The notes under the pieces are model-generated. The model was not told where the DNA came from. It did not search any database and saw nothing but the letters and a program-made list of their open reading frames with translations. A DNA stretch of 64,000 nt from Promethearchaeota archaeon (GTDB taxonomy: Archaea > Asgardarchaeota > Heimdallarchaeia > Hodarchaeales > Hodarchaeaceae), in assembly GCA_048938105.1 (NCBI GenBank), contig JBHLMN010000007.1, forward strand, positions 205,383 through 269,382. The letters run 5' to 3'. Below are positions 50,257 through 60,549 of this stretch, in pieces. Numbering within the stretch: position 1 is the first letter of the stretch; each line of letters begins with the position of its first letter. A program made the position numbers and the translations under genes.

Positions 50257-52656
50257 TTAACCAATGATTCGGCTTACTGTCTCCTCAGATATTGATGTAC
50301 GAAACAGAGATCGGAGAGAAATATAGGCAGCTAAGATTATCCCAAAAAAAACGTTTAATACTGATAAACCAGTATTAAATAGAGTGATATCCATAATGAG
50401 CACCACTCCAAATTCCGCTGCCCAGTCAAAGATGAAATTTGCTATAGCAGAACCTGTGAAAAATCCAATGAATATCCCAATTAAGCTAGTTAAGACTAAC
50501 TCCAGCAATACTGTGCTGAAAATCTCTTGATTAGAAACACCAAGAGCTCGGAAGTTCACAAAGTCATGCTTTCTTTCCGAAATAGATATTGATATAACGG
50601 ATACAGCAATACTGACTCCTACAATTAAGCCTGAAGACATTGCTAGCATCAAAACGCCATATCCTACCATCATTCCTTCTCGTACGGACTTTGCTAGTTC
50701 ACTTTTGATGATTATTTCTTGGACTGAAGGATTCTCTTTCAGAGCTTCTTCTATCTGTGATGAATCTGTCGTATGTATGTAAATACCATTAGCTAAATCT
50801 GGATTAGCTATCCCAGCTAGCCATCGAGCAGTTTCAATTGAAGTATATAACCCACCACCAGTGAATTCATTAAGAATATTCTCAACCTTTAATTCACGTG
50901 AATTTATGCCATGGAGAACTGTTACATTATCACCTTTTCCGATATCGAATTTAATTGCCAGGTCTTTAGTAATTACAACCTTCTGATAATCTGGAACACC
51001 TCCAGTATCAAAATTTCGACTCTGTGTTTTTGGTTCAAGTCCAGTAATAATATAATTTTGGGTCATATCTTGTTTTAATCTGATAGGAACCATAACAAAA
51101 GGTTCATATTGTTCCCATGTGAGATTTTCAAGCATTGCCTCTATCTGGGATGAGTTTTGATCTTGGTTGAAGGATATTTGGACATCCCAAGCCTGATAAA
51201 ATGTGAATTGTTTGTCAATACCCGAGATAAAACTTGTTCCTGCAGTTGCACCAAAAAAGGAGATAGACATTGCGAGAATGATTCCAAAAATTATGAATGT
51301 TCCTTTTCGCTTCTCTTGAAAAACTGATCGAATGGAAAATTTTGTCAAGGGGGAGAGTGATTTAACTTTTAATATCAATCTTTCAATGAAAATCGGACGA
51401 GCTGGTTTGAAAACTGCTTGAGGTCTCATTGCTTCGATTGGAGCCATTTGGATAATTCTCCGACACGCTAAGAGAGAACCTGCAGTTATAAATAGGAAAA
51501 TTAAACAAAGAATTCCTGCTGCAGGAACAAACAAGAATAATGAAGTCGTTGGAGTACTGGGTAATCGTTTTATTCCTGCTAGATCGATATAGAAATCTCC
51601 ATATAGAAGAGCTGTAATTAATCCTACCATTGTTCCGATAGATCCCCCTATCAGCCCTATTAACCACGAATATATAATCGCACTCGTAGTAATTTCGCGA
51701 TTTGAAAACCCTAACGCTTTAAAAATACCCAAGGTAGTGATTTCCTCCTCAAGGATTCGCTTTAAAACAATAAATAACATTATCCCTGTAATAATAGCGA
51801 ATACAAAAGATAAAATTAACGCCATACCTGAGAAAGTCGGTGATATAGTTAATAGGAAAGGATCTCGACCACTATATCGAATAATCGAAGCAGTACCATG
51901 TTTTTCGCTGATCACTTTCAAGAATTTTTCTAAGAAAGGAGTAGTTTGAGAAGGTTTGTTAAAATAAACAGCAATTTGATTGGCTTGATTTATATAATCG
52001 GTGCTATTCATATGATTTTCCAAATCTTGATATTTCATCCAAATCACTGGTCCATCCCAAGTCGCTCGCCCATAAAACTCAGTAACTATCCCAGGAGATA
52101 ACATAAACTCTGGTGAATCAGCCATAGCAATAATTGTTAGATTCAAAATCCCATGATCGGGAATGAATACATTTAATTCGTCATCTATTTCCCAGTTTTG
52201 GAGTTCAGCGGTAGTTTTTTCAACAACTGCCACATTAGAATTAGGAGATCTATCGAGAGTATCGTTATACCCTTCATGATAATATAACTTATCAACAAGC
52301 AATTCTTTATCCCGAACACCATATAAATAAGTATTAACAGTAGTTTCTTTTTCTGACTTAGCAACTTGAAGTTCATAGAAATCACGAAGTTCATATTCTA
52401 AATCAATATTCAGTTCTTCTTTGACTTGATTAACCAATAGTGTCAAGTTAGATTTATCCATTCGTTCTGTTGTTATTAAAAGATGATGATATCGATGGCC
52501 GATCCAAGATGTGTTCTCTATTTCAAGCCAATTGAAGTATAATGCTGAATAAAGAATAGTAATCATGCTTCCAATGGTGATGACTATAATAATCGGTATA
52601 GATCGGAGTTTCTTACTTTTCACATCCCTCCAAGCTTTTCGAAGGAAAATATTCAT
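50257..52656 (-). CDS. FtsX/MacB-like ABC permease (duplicated architecture)
   Basis: Two periplasmic + FtsX halves; GIFKALGFS, ERKHDFVNFRALG. Confidence 0.9.
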   Translation of the reverse strand: MNIFLRKAWRDVKSKKLRSIPIIIVITIGSMITILYSALYFNWLEIENTSWIGHRYHHLLITTERMDKSNLTLLVNQVKEELNIDLEYELRDFYELQVAKSEKETTVNTYLYGVRDKELLVDKLYYHEGYNDTLDRSPNSNVAVVEKTTAELQNWEIDDELNVFIPDHGILNLTIIAMADSPEFMLSPGIVTEFYGRATWDGPVIWMKYQDLENHMNSTDYINQANQIAVYFNKPSQTTPFLEKFLKVISEKHGTASIIRYSGRDPFLLTISPTFSGMALILSFVFAIITGIMLFIVLKRILEEEITTLGIFKALGFSNREITTSAIIYSWLIGLIGGSIGTMVGLITALLYGDFYIDLAGIKRLPSTPTTSLFLFVPAAGILCLIFLFITAGSLLACRRIIQMAPIEAMRPQAVFKPARPIFIERLILKVKSLSPLTKFSIRSVFQEKRKGTFIIFGIILAMSISFFGATAGTSFISGIDKQFTFYQAWDVQISFNQDQNSSQIEAMLENLTWEQYEPFVMVPIRLKQDMTQNYIITGLEPKTQSRNFDTGGVPDYQKVVITKDLAIKFDIGKGDNVTVLHGINSRELKVENILNEFTGGGLYTSIETARWLAGIANPDLANGIYIHTTDSSQIEEALKENPSVQEIIIKSELAKSVREGMMVGYGVLMLAMSSGLIVGVSIAVSVISISISERKHDFVNFRALGVSNQEIFSTVLLELVLTSLIGIFIGFFTGSAIANFIFDWAAEFGVVLIMDITLFNTGLSVLNVFFGIILAAYISLRSLFRTSISEETVSRIIG

Positions 52657-52671
52657 GTAATCACCCCAAAA

Positions 52672-53424
52672 TTATGCTTTATCAATAGGAGGAGCTACAG
52701 TGAGTTCTTCCCAGAATTCTTTTTCTTTAGCTGGATCATATTTTGAGGTTCCGAAGATCTTTCCATCTCGAAGGTAAATAACTCTATCTGCTAAAGTGGA
52801 GATACCTACATTGTGAGTAACAAGGATAATTGTGACTTTGTAATTCTCATTCACACGTTGAAGTAGTTTCAAAATTTTCCCTGTGGTTTCGCTGTCAATA
52901 TTTCCTGTTGGTTCGTCAGCTAATAATATTCTAGGATTTTTAGCCAACGCCCTTGCAATAGCCACCCGCTGCTGTTCACCACCACTAAGTTGTGCTGGAA
53001 ATTTATTCATTTTATCGCCTAAACCTACTTCTTCCAGTAACTCTTGTGTAATTCTTCGCGCTTCTTCCGATGTATTAGTGAGCTTACCTGCTAGTTCCAC
53101 ATTCTCAAATGCTGTAAGAGAAGCAACTAGATTATAAAACTGGAAAATGAATCCAACATTAAGTCGTCTGTACTTCGTTAATTTCTTTTCATTGAGAGAA
53201 GTGAGGTCAATTTTCTCTCCATTTCTATCAAAAAATATTTTCCCTGTTGTTGGACGATCAATTCCCCCAACAACATTAAGTAAGGTTGTTTTTCCAGACC
53301 CAGATGGCCCTAGAATAGCAATGAATTGCCCTTGCTCTATATCAAGAGTTATCCCACTTAATGCAGGGACGAGTAATTCACCCATTTTATAATCTTTAGT
53401 CAAATCTTCTATAGCTAATGTCAT
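52672..53424 (-). CDS. ABC ATP-binding protein (LolD/MacB-like)
   Basis: [32 protein letters not shown]. Confidence 0.95.
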   Translation of the reverse strand: MTLAIEDLTKDYKMGELLVPALSGITLDIEQGQFIAILGPSGSGKTTLLNVVGGIDRPTTGKIFFDRNGEKIDLTSLNEKKLTKYRRLNVGFIFQFYNLVASLTAFENVELAGKLTNTSEEARRITQELLEEVGLGDKMNKFPAQLSGGEQQRVAIARALAKNPRILLADEPTGNIDSETTGKILKLLQRVNENYKVTIILVTHNVGISTLADRVIYLRDGKIFGTSKYDPAKEKEFWEELTVAPPIDKA

Positions 53425-53815
53425 TTCTTACACCAAGTTAGATGAGACGAGTATTAGTTTTAAGATCCTCAGGTAAAAAGATTTTTTTTACCTTTGAAAT
53501 ATATATACTTAAACTTGCTTTATTCCTTTCAGACACGAAAAATTGCTATTCTTATTCAAAAGAAGGAAAGCAACATCTAATCAACTTTCTACTGATTATA
53601 TTCAAAATAATTATGCCTAATTACTTTTGAATAATTAAGAACATTTTCAAAAGATTTTAAACCCTTCTCTACAAATTTAAGGCAAAAAATCAATATTATC
53701 TCCATACTATTACATATCAATAAAGAAAGGAATTAAACTTCAGCTCATTCAAGAAACATCTATAAAACCGAATGTTTTATATCTCCAGGTTAAAAGGGGG
53801 CATTGAGGAAATTCC

Positions 53816-54742
53816 ATGCAATTCGGTGCTCTATCAGAAACATGTAAATTGAGTACTGTTTTGATGCACAGACCAGGACGAGAAATTTCTGTTGTTACAC
53901 CTGCTACATTATCCTATTATGGATTTAGAGCTGTTCCAAATTTGAAAAATCTGCAAATAGAATTTGATTACCTTATTAAAACTTTAGAAAACGAAGGAGT
54001 GGAAGTAGTTCTACTTAATGACTTGATAAACAGAGTTGATAGGTCTCATTCCCTACCAAACCTCTATTTCACTCGTGACATTATCTCCATCACAGATATT
54101 GGGCTGATAGTAATGAATATGGGAATTGCTGGAAGATTAAATGAACCATCCATTGCCAAACAAGCATTGGAGCAACAAATACCTGTAGCTTTTGAAATTG
54201 CTTCTCCTGGTCAATTGGAAGGAGGTGATTTTGTGTATATAGATGAACGGACTCTTGCGGTGGGATATGGCCCCAGAACGAATAAAAAAGGGATAATTCA
54301 ACTCATTCAAGGCCTAAGGAGTTCCTTGGTTGAAGAAATCATAAGTGTCCCGTTACCTCCTGATTTAATCCACTTAGATCAGATATTCTCTGTAATAGCA
54401 CCCAGATTATGTATAGTACACGAGCCATCTTTGAAATATGGTCTAGCTCATATTAACCGAAGAGGGGAAGAGAAAAAAGAACCATTCCTTTCCTATCTCA
54501 AGAAAAATAGGTTTGAGATGATCCCAGTAAGCACTGAAGAAGTCAAACAATTTGGAGCGAACGTCTGCGCAATAAAACCAGAAAAATTAGTAATATATGA
54601 ATGGAACAAGCGTATTATCACAGAGCTTAAAGAAAGAGGAAACGATGTGATTCCTATTCAAGGTATCGAACTAGTTAAAGGAGGAGGTGGGCCTCATTGT
54701 ATGACTTGTCCTATACTCCGGGAATCATCTTCTAGTTTTTAA
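53816..54742 (+). CDS. Amidinotransferase/arginine deiminase-family (pentein) enzyme
   Basis: VLMHRPG, NLYFTRD, LEGGD, HLD, GGGPHCMTCP. Confidence 0.9.
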   Translation: MQFGALSETCKLSTVLMHRPGREISVVTPATLSYYGFRAVPNLKNLQIEFDYLIKTLENEGVEVVLLNDLINRVDRSHSLPNLYFTRDIISITDIGLIVMNMGIAGRLNEPSIAKQALEQQIPVAFEIASPGQLEGGDFVYIDERTLAVGYGPRTNKKGIIQLIQGLRSSLVEEIISVPLPPDLIHLDQIFSVIAPRLCIVHEPSLKYGLAHINRRGEEKKEPFLSYLKKNRFEMIPVSTEEVKQFGANVCAIKPEKLVIYEWNKRIITELKERGNDVIPIQGIELVKGGGGPHCMTCPILRESSSSF

Positions 54743-54790
54743 TTTTTTTATTATTACGATGTCTCTATAAAATTAATTGAATATCTATTC

Positions 54791-57700
54791 TTATTCAGAA
54801 GAAAAACGACGTCGTGCCAATCGTCTTATAATAAAAATCAAACCAATTGATCCAAAAAGAACACCTAAAACTATTCCAACGGTTACTTCTCCTGGCACTA
54901 ATACAGTTTGAGTATCTTCAGAGGTGTTGGTTAACAGCTCGCCTTCAACACTAGTTGATTCTTCTTGACTAGAAGTTTGTTCTGAAGAGATTTCAGTAGT
55001 TTCTTTTCCATATGTAAGAAATACATATCGAACAATAATCCAATTCCCAGCTGTGTCATTGGCATAAACATACAATACATGTTGACCATATCCCTCTGGC
55101 ATAGCTGTTTCATATGTAATCCACGTGGTATTCTGAGATCTATCCCAATTGTAGATAACTGTATCAAGATGAGTATCGTTAATTTCTAAAGATATAATTG
55201 TACCTGATGGTAATACACTCATGTTTTGGTATTTTAACAACGTAATTTTTGGTTCAATATTGTCAGTTGTGAATATATACTTATTAGTACTCCAATTGTC
55301 TGAGGTATCATTTGCGTAGATGAAGAGAGTATGTTCAGTGTCATTAATAGGTACACTGGTTTCATATGGAGAAGTCCATGTTTGATTCTCATTATCATTC
55401 CAATGAAATAGAACTGTGTCTAAATCAGAATCAGTAACAACAATGACAATTAAAGTGTCTGATGTCAAAATACTTTCATTATCTGGGTTTTCAAGAGATA
55501 TGATTGGGGGAATGGTGTCAATTGCAAACCATTCTTGACTATATGCTTCATTTCCCACACTGTCGTTGAAAAAGACTTGCACAGAATAATAACCATCAAT
55601 CCATGTTAGTTCCTCGATTTCCCATCTAATAGCTGTTGGATTATAAATCATAGAGTAATTATTGGACCATGTTCCATTTCTATAGCGGCACCAGGCCTTA
55701 TACACTCTTGTGGTATTGCTAGCATAGATTGCAACACTAGTTGTCGTATAAGTTATGTTATTTGGGCTAGTGATTATTACAATAGGAGCAGTAGTGTCTA
55801 CTGAAAACCACTCTTGACTATTAGCTTCATTTCCCACACTATCATTGAAAAAGATTTGCAGAGAATAACTACCATCAAGCCATGTTAATCCTTCCACCTC
55901 CCATCTTTGAGATTCAGAGTTATATAACATGGTATAATTATTTGACCAAGACCCATTCCAATATCTGTACCAAGCTGTATGAACAATACTTTGGTTTGAT
56001 GTTAAAATCGAAATTGTTGATATTGAATAAGTAGTATTTAATGGTGAATTGATAATGATGACTGGAGGTGTTGTATCGACAAAAATAACTACTTTTTCTC
56101 CCTTGCTTTGATTTTTCTCATCAAATGCCACAATTCTGTAGCAATGCCACCCCTTGGGTTGACCATTTAACGTTATACTTGTTTCCGTTGTTGTTTCTAA
56201 GTAGATTCCATCTCTAAATATTGCATACTTCTCTATTCCATAATCATCTTTCCCTGTCCATGAAAAGGAAGGATTGTTGTTAGTTATTGATCCATTTATT
56301 GGACTGATAACTGTAACGCTGAATGGGGCTTCATCTAGATTGAACCAATTTATTGATCTATTAAAACTATTGATTCTATCAGATTCGTCATCTATTGCCT
56401 CCCAATTAAATGCAAAGTACATCACCTTGTGTGTGCCACTATATTTTATTGCTGCACCATATTCTGAATTATTGTAGTAACACAAGATCACTGATGCTCC
56501 TGTATTCGCATCAATAATACTTGGAGAGGCATGCTGCCAACTGCCTGCCCCATACCCTACAAAATATCTTTTTCCGTCAAATATCTCACCACTTAATCCT
56601 ATAACATATCTATTAAGTGGATATTCTATTGTATCATTTTCATAAACTGCATGCAAATAATTTTCATAGAATGAAGTTGTATTAATATCAAATCCGATAT
56701 CTTGTCCAGAAATCCACAAATATCCACCATGATCAAGGTATGATTGAAGATTATTTTGATCAGTTGATGTCAAGGTAGTTTGAAAATCTGTTGAAGTAAA
56801 CCAAATTACTAGTTGATATTCCATTAATTTGCCTATTGAAGGACTTCCTGAAGTATTAATCCCATATAAGTCATAATCTATATCTTTATCCAATGATAGC
56901 TTCTTTAATGCTCTCTCATAATATTTTTCGTTGCTTGATCCTATATCATCGTCAACTAATAATATTGGTTGCTTATAATTATCAGTATAAATGTTATGTA
57001 TTGTTGAATAAGTTATATCTCCTTGATCATCGATTGCTTTCACTACAAACGAAAAATTCCCGTCAGGTAAGGCTGTAGTATTATATGTATATTCGTAATA
57101 TGTTCCTCCAAACGTAGTATTTATCCAAGAATCACTTGCAACTTTGAAATAGACTGCTTTTAAATCCGAATCGAACACATCAATTTGAAATTTGCATTCT
57201 CCAGTTAATCTTTCATTTTCGGTGGGGGACACAATAGATACAATTGGAAAATTTTTCCCAGAAGTAGATGATAAGTAAAAAGTACCAGCGCCAGTATTGG
57301 TAAATGAAGATTTTACAACTAAATAATATGTACCACTGACTGGTGGAGTAAAAGTGATGTACTCATCTGCTCCAGGTTCAAAGTTTGTAGAGCTCGCGGC
57401 TATAACAGGTTCCCCAAATTGGTTTGGATTTGGTTCATATATAAATAGATCAAAATCTGCATCATCAGGAACCGACATCTTAAAGGTGTAATTTGTCCCT
57501 GTAGTCATAGTTACATTTTCTGCCCAAACATTCCGTTTTCCTAAATCGAATGAAAGGGTTTCATCTACTCTTGTACCAATTACATAAGTATTTTCAATGG
57601 CTTCAATAGCTGCATAAATATTCAATTTCCCATAACCCTCTACAGGATCTTTTCCTCCCCTATCATCCAGATATATTTCATTTGCAGTCATAAGGATCAA

Positions 57701-59545
57701 TTGTTTAACTTTATACGGATTAATTGCTGTTCCATATCCATTATTCCAAAAATCATATCCCCCCATGGCTTGAATTAATAAAGCCAATGACCCAGAAACA
57801 AATGGACAAGACATTGACGTTCCCTGAATATTGGTGAAATCATTCGGAAATTTATCGCTCCAAGTATAGTTTTTTGAATCTGCATCATTACTATCAACTT
57901 GAAGGATAGCTCCTTGAGTACTTTCTCCACCAGGGGCAGTGATATCAGGTTTTGTCGTATTTGATACATTTCCTGGACCTTCTGATGAATATCTTGTGAT
58001 CTTGTTATAATCGTCCGATGCAGCCACAGTAATTACTCCATCAACCTCTCCTGGACTATAAATAGAATTCCTTCCTTGGCCATTGTTACCTGCAGAAAGC
58101 ACAACAGTTACCCCAGAATTCACTAAAACAGCTGCTGCAATGTTAACGGATCCAACTGTTCCAGAGAAACCAAAAGATCCAGAAGCAATAGCGATGTGAT
58201 AAGTATCCTTATTATTTTTAACCCAGTTAAAAGCTTCAATTACATCATCAGCCTTCCCATTGCCTGTTTTATTGAATATCTTTACTCCTACTAATTTGAC
58301 GTCTGGTGCGACACCAGCAAAGCGGCTATGATTATCTGTTGGATCTGGATAGGGGTATTTATTCACTCCTGCAACATCTATCATTCCTCCTTCAGCTCCC
58401 CAACTAACACCAAGAGCCACTTCCCAATAACCAAAATCTGCTTCAGATGTGAGTGTGCAAGTTACAGTCCTATTCGAGGATACAGATGTATCGCTATCCA
58501 TCAAAGTTCCATTTGGAGCATATAAAGCGAGATATGTTCCTTCAGCAGATTTTTCACCTCGCCAAACATAACTAATGTCAATTGTACCTGTTCTATTTAC
58601 CCAAAGGGTATAGGGAAAAGCCCCAGACAAGCTTCCTCTAGGATCATAACTATAACTCCATGTAGATACTATTCTTCCATTACTATAACTATCATTATAT
58701 TCATTTGCAGCAACTATTCCCGCTACGTGAGAACCATGACCAATATAATCATCTGGTGTTGTGGAACCGTCATTAGTAGTATCATACCATCCTACAATCT
58801 TTTTTGACCAATTAAGATCTTCATATCCAGGGGAGAAGGCTGTGTGTGAATCATCGATACCAGTGTCGAGGATTGCTACTGCGAGATTAGGGTCACCTGA
58901 ATAGTTCAAATTATCCCAGACATGTGTTCGTACCATTGCTAAATGGGTAGCAACATCAGAGTTTCTAATGGTGGGCATATTCTCTTCGACTAGTTCAACA
59001 TTTGAACCTAGTTGGCAAGTAAATTCTATTAATTTTGATACATCAATTTCTCCACTAAAACCACAGACTACATCAGTAGGATCATCCCATACATGACGAG
59101 TTACTCCTCCTAATGCCTCAAATAATGTTATATCGTCTTTAACCATAATAGTTTTTGTTGTAATAATTATTGATACAATCTGATCCTTTTCAAAGCTTTT
59201 TTGTCTTATCTTTTTCTCTAAATTGTCAGTAATATGATTGGTATTCTTATCAAACTCTTTAATATATTCTTTTTTCATCTCTTCAATTGTAATCTCAGAA
59301 TTCTTTACCTGTTCATTTATTTTCTCATGAGCTATTAGTGATTCTGTTGGGATTTCAAAATTTGACGGTGACTCACTACTTTCAGATGAAATTAAACTCT
59401 TCTCACTATCTAGAGGAATTATGTGATTAGATTTTGAATCTTTTTCTTCAGAAGCGACAATATTATTAAAATTAGTAAAAATAGAGATGGTTAAAAGAGC
59501 TAATAGCAAAACAACCTTAGAAAATGATATTAAATAATTTTTCAT
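54791..59545 (-). CDS. Large cell-surface S8 serine protease with PPC/Ig-like repeats and a C-terminal TM anchor
   Basis: ILDTGID, GHGSHVAG, SAGNNG, QGTSMS catalytic motifs; DTTPP..I.SP Ig repeats; TM + RRLARRR. Confidence 0.93.
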   Translation of the reverse strand: MKNYLISFSKVVLLLALLTISIFTNFNNIVASEEKDSKSNHIIPLDSEKSLISSESSESPSNFEIPTESLIAHEKINEQVKNSEITIEEMKKEYIKEFDKNTNHITDNLEKKIRQKSFEKDQIVSIIITTKTIMVKDDITLFEALGGVTRHVWDDPTDVVCGFSGEIDVSKLIEFTCQLGSNVELVEENMPTIRNSDVATHLAMVRTHVWDNLNYSGDPNLAVAILDTGIDDSHTAFSPGYEDLNWSKKIVGWYDTTNDGSTTPDDYIGHGSHVAGIVAANEYNDSYSNGRIVSTWSYSYDPRGSLSGAFPYTLWVNRTGTIDISYVWRGEKSAEGTYLALYAPNGTLMDSDTSVSSNRTVTCTLTSEADFGYWEVALGVSWGAEGGMIDVAGVNKYPYPDPTDNHSRFAGVAPDVKLVGVKIFNKTGNGKADDVIEAFNWVKNNKDTYHIAIASGSFGFSGTVGSVNIAAAVLVNSGVTVVLSAGNNGQGRNSIYSPGEVDGVITVAASDDYNKITRYSSEGPGNVSNTTKPDITAPGGESTQGAILQVDSNDADSKNYTWSDKFPNDFTNIQGTSMSCPFVSGSLALLIQAMGGYDFWNNGYGTAINPYKVKQLILMTANEIYLDDRGGKDPVEGYGKLNIYAAIEAIENTYVIGTRVDETLSFDLGKRNVWAENVTMTTGTNYTFKMSVPDDADFDLFIYEPNPNQFGEPVIAASSTNFEPGADEYITFTPPVSGTYYLVVKSSFTNTGAGTFYLSSTSGKNFPIVSIVSPTENERLTGECKFQIDVFDSDLKAVYFKVASDSWINTTFGGTYYEYTYNTTALPDGNFSFVVKAIDDQGDITYSTIHNIYTDNYKQPILLVDDDIGSSNEKYYERALKKLSLDKDIDYDLYGINTSGSPSIGKLMEYQLVIWFTSTDFQTTLTSTDQNNLQSYLDHGGYLWISGQDIGFDINTTSFYENYLHAVYENDTIEYPLNRYVIGLSGEIFDGKRYFVGYGAGSWQHASPSIIDANTGASVILCYYNNSEYGAAIKYSGTHKVMYFAFNWEAIDDESDRINSFNRSINWFNLDEAPFSVTVISPINGSITNNNPSFSWTGKDDYGIEKYAIFRDGIYLETTTETSITLNGQPKGWHCYRIVAFDEKNQSKGEKVVIFVDTTPPVIIINSPLNTTYSISTISILTSNQSIVHTAWYRYWNGSWSNNYTMLYNSESQRWEVEGLTWLDGSYSLQIFFNDSVGNEANSQEWFSVDTTAPIVIITSPNNITYTTTSVAIYASNTTRVYKAWCRYRNGTWSNNYSMIYNPTAIRWEIEELTWIDGYYSVQVFFNDSVGNEAYSQEWFAIDTIPPIISLENPDNESILTSDTLIVIVVTDSDLDTVLFHWNDNENQTWTSPYETSVPINDTEHTLFIYANDTSDNWSTNKYIFTTDNIEPKITLLKYQNMSVLPSGTIISLEINDTHLDTVIYNWDRSQNTTWITYETAMPEGYGQHVLYVYANDTAGNWIIVRYVFLTYGKETTEISSEQTSSQEESTSVEGELLTNTSEDTQTVLVPGEVTVGIVLGVLFGSIGLIFIIRRLARRRFSSE
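55521..56078. repeat. Intragenic tandem duplication (279-bp unit, one Ig-like domain)
   Basis: AACCATTCTTGACTATATGCTTCATTTCCCACACTG at 55527 vs AACCACTCTTGACTATTAGCTTCATTTCCCACACTA at 55806. Confidence 0.85.
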
Positions 59546-59798
59546 GTTATAGAGCTTCGCTAAATTAAGATTAAAGTTATTAGGAGAATAAATCCCAGCA
59601 GATAATTGATAGTACTCAAATTTATTTAGATATCATTAGTAGAGTTATAAATTATACCGTATCTATAACATTCAAGTGTTATGATATTTAATTCAACATT
59701 AAATTGATAAATTCCGCTATCCTTGATTTTTTAAAGGTGAACGTTCAAATATCATTCAGAACGAGAAAAACACTTAATATCAATATGTAGTTGATAAT

Positions 59799-60005
59799 TT
59801 GACAAGATGAACTAAGTGTAAAAAAGAAATTGAGGGAGAAAAATTTGACTGTTCGATTTTTATCCCTCCAGCCATATTGGTACCACAAACATTTTGTAAA
59901 GAATGTTTTATATTAGAAGAACAAAGAGAAGAAGAGTTATACCCAATACTCCTACTATTACTTATTGTTATCTTTATTCCATTATTCTTTCTTTTCTTAA
60001 TTTAA
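59799..60005 (+). CDS. Unannotated 68-codon tail-anchored zinc-finger protein with TGA at codon 4 (recoded gene or pseudogene)
   Basis: GTTGAT RBS-like, TTG start; MTR*TKCKKEIEGEKFDCSIFIPPAILVPQTFCKECFILEEQREEELYPILLLLLIVIFIPLFFLFLI. Confidence 0.55.
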
Positions 60006-60104
60006 AGAATGACCAATATGGTAATAGTATACTATAATTAAAAAAAAAATAACTGCTTATGAAAGAATGTACTGATTGAATCGATGATTTGGGATTATTT
60101 TTTC

Positions 60105-60398
60105 TTAGTTTGATTTTGATTCTGAGTCTGAAAGAAGTTGAATCAAATATTCTAAGTCTACAATCATCATATCCAACATTGATAATCGAGCGATGATCGA
60201 ATAAAACTCAGGTCTCCCAGGATCATCGTTAACTTTCAATTTTACTTCCCATAAATTACGTTTGGCTTTGTATACGCCTAGTAAATCTAGTAGTTCCTCA
60301 AGAGTCTTATAAATTCTTCTTTTAAACTGCTCTGGAAAATTTAATTCAAGAATCTGATTCAATTCATCTTTATTTTTTAAATCTTTTATTCCAATCAT
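60105..60398 (-). CDS. Hypothetical helical protein
   Basis: 97-aa ORF with a protein-like amphipathic pattern. Confidence 0.6.
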   Translation of the reverse strand: MIGIKDLKNKDELNQILELNFPEQFKRRIYKTLEELLDLLGVYKAKRNLWEVKLKVNDDPGRPEFYSIIARLSMLDMMIVDLEYLIQLLSDSESKSN

Positions 60399-60549
60399 TA
60401 ATTTTCTTCTCTTATTACCTTAAATCAATAAGGAATGATATAAGATTCTTAGTTTGTACTATTCTGATTTAAAGTAAGTATAGTCCCTTATAACTCTAAT
60501 GGTAACAAACTTCAGCAAGAAGCTAAACCACCTTCTATTTCCAAAATTA

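Noticed and set aside
60006-60104. SECIS element downstream of the TGA zinc-finger ORF
   Set aside because: ATGA and GA words are present, but I could not build a convincing paired stem by eye; needs a covariance-model search
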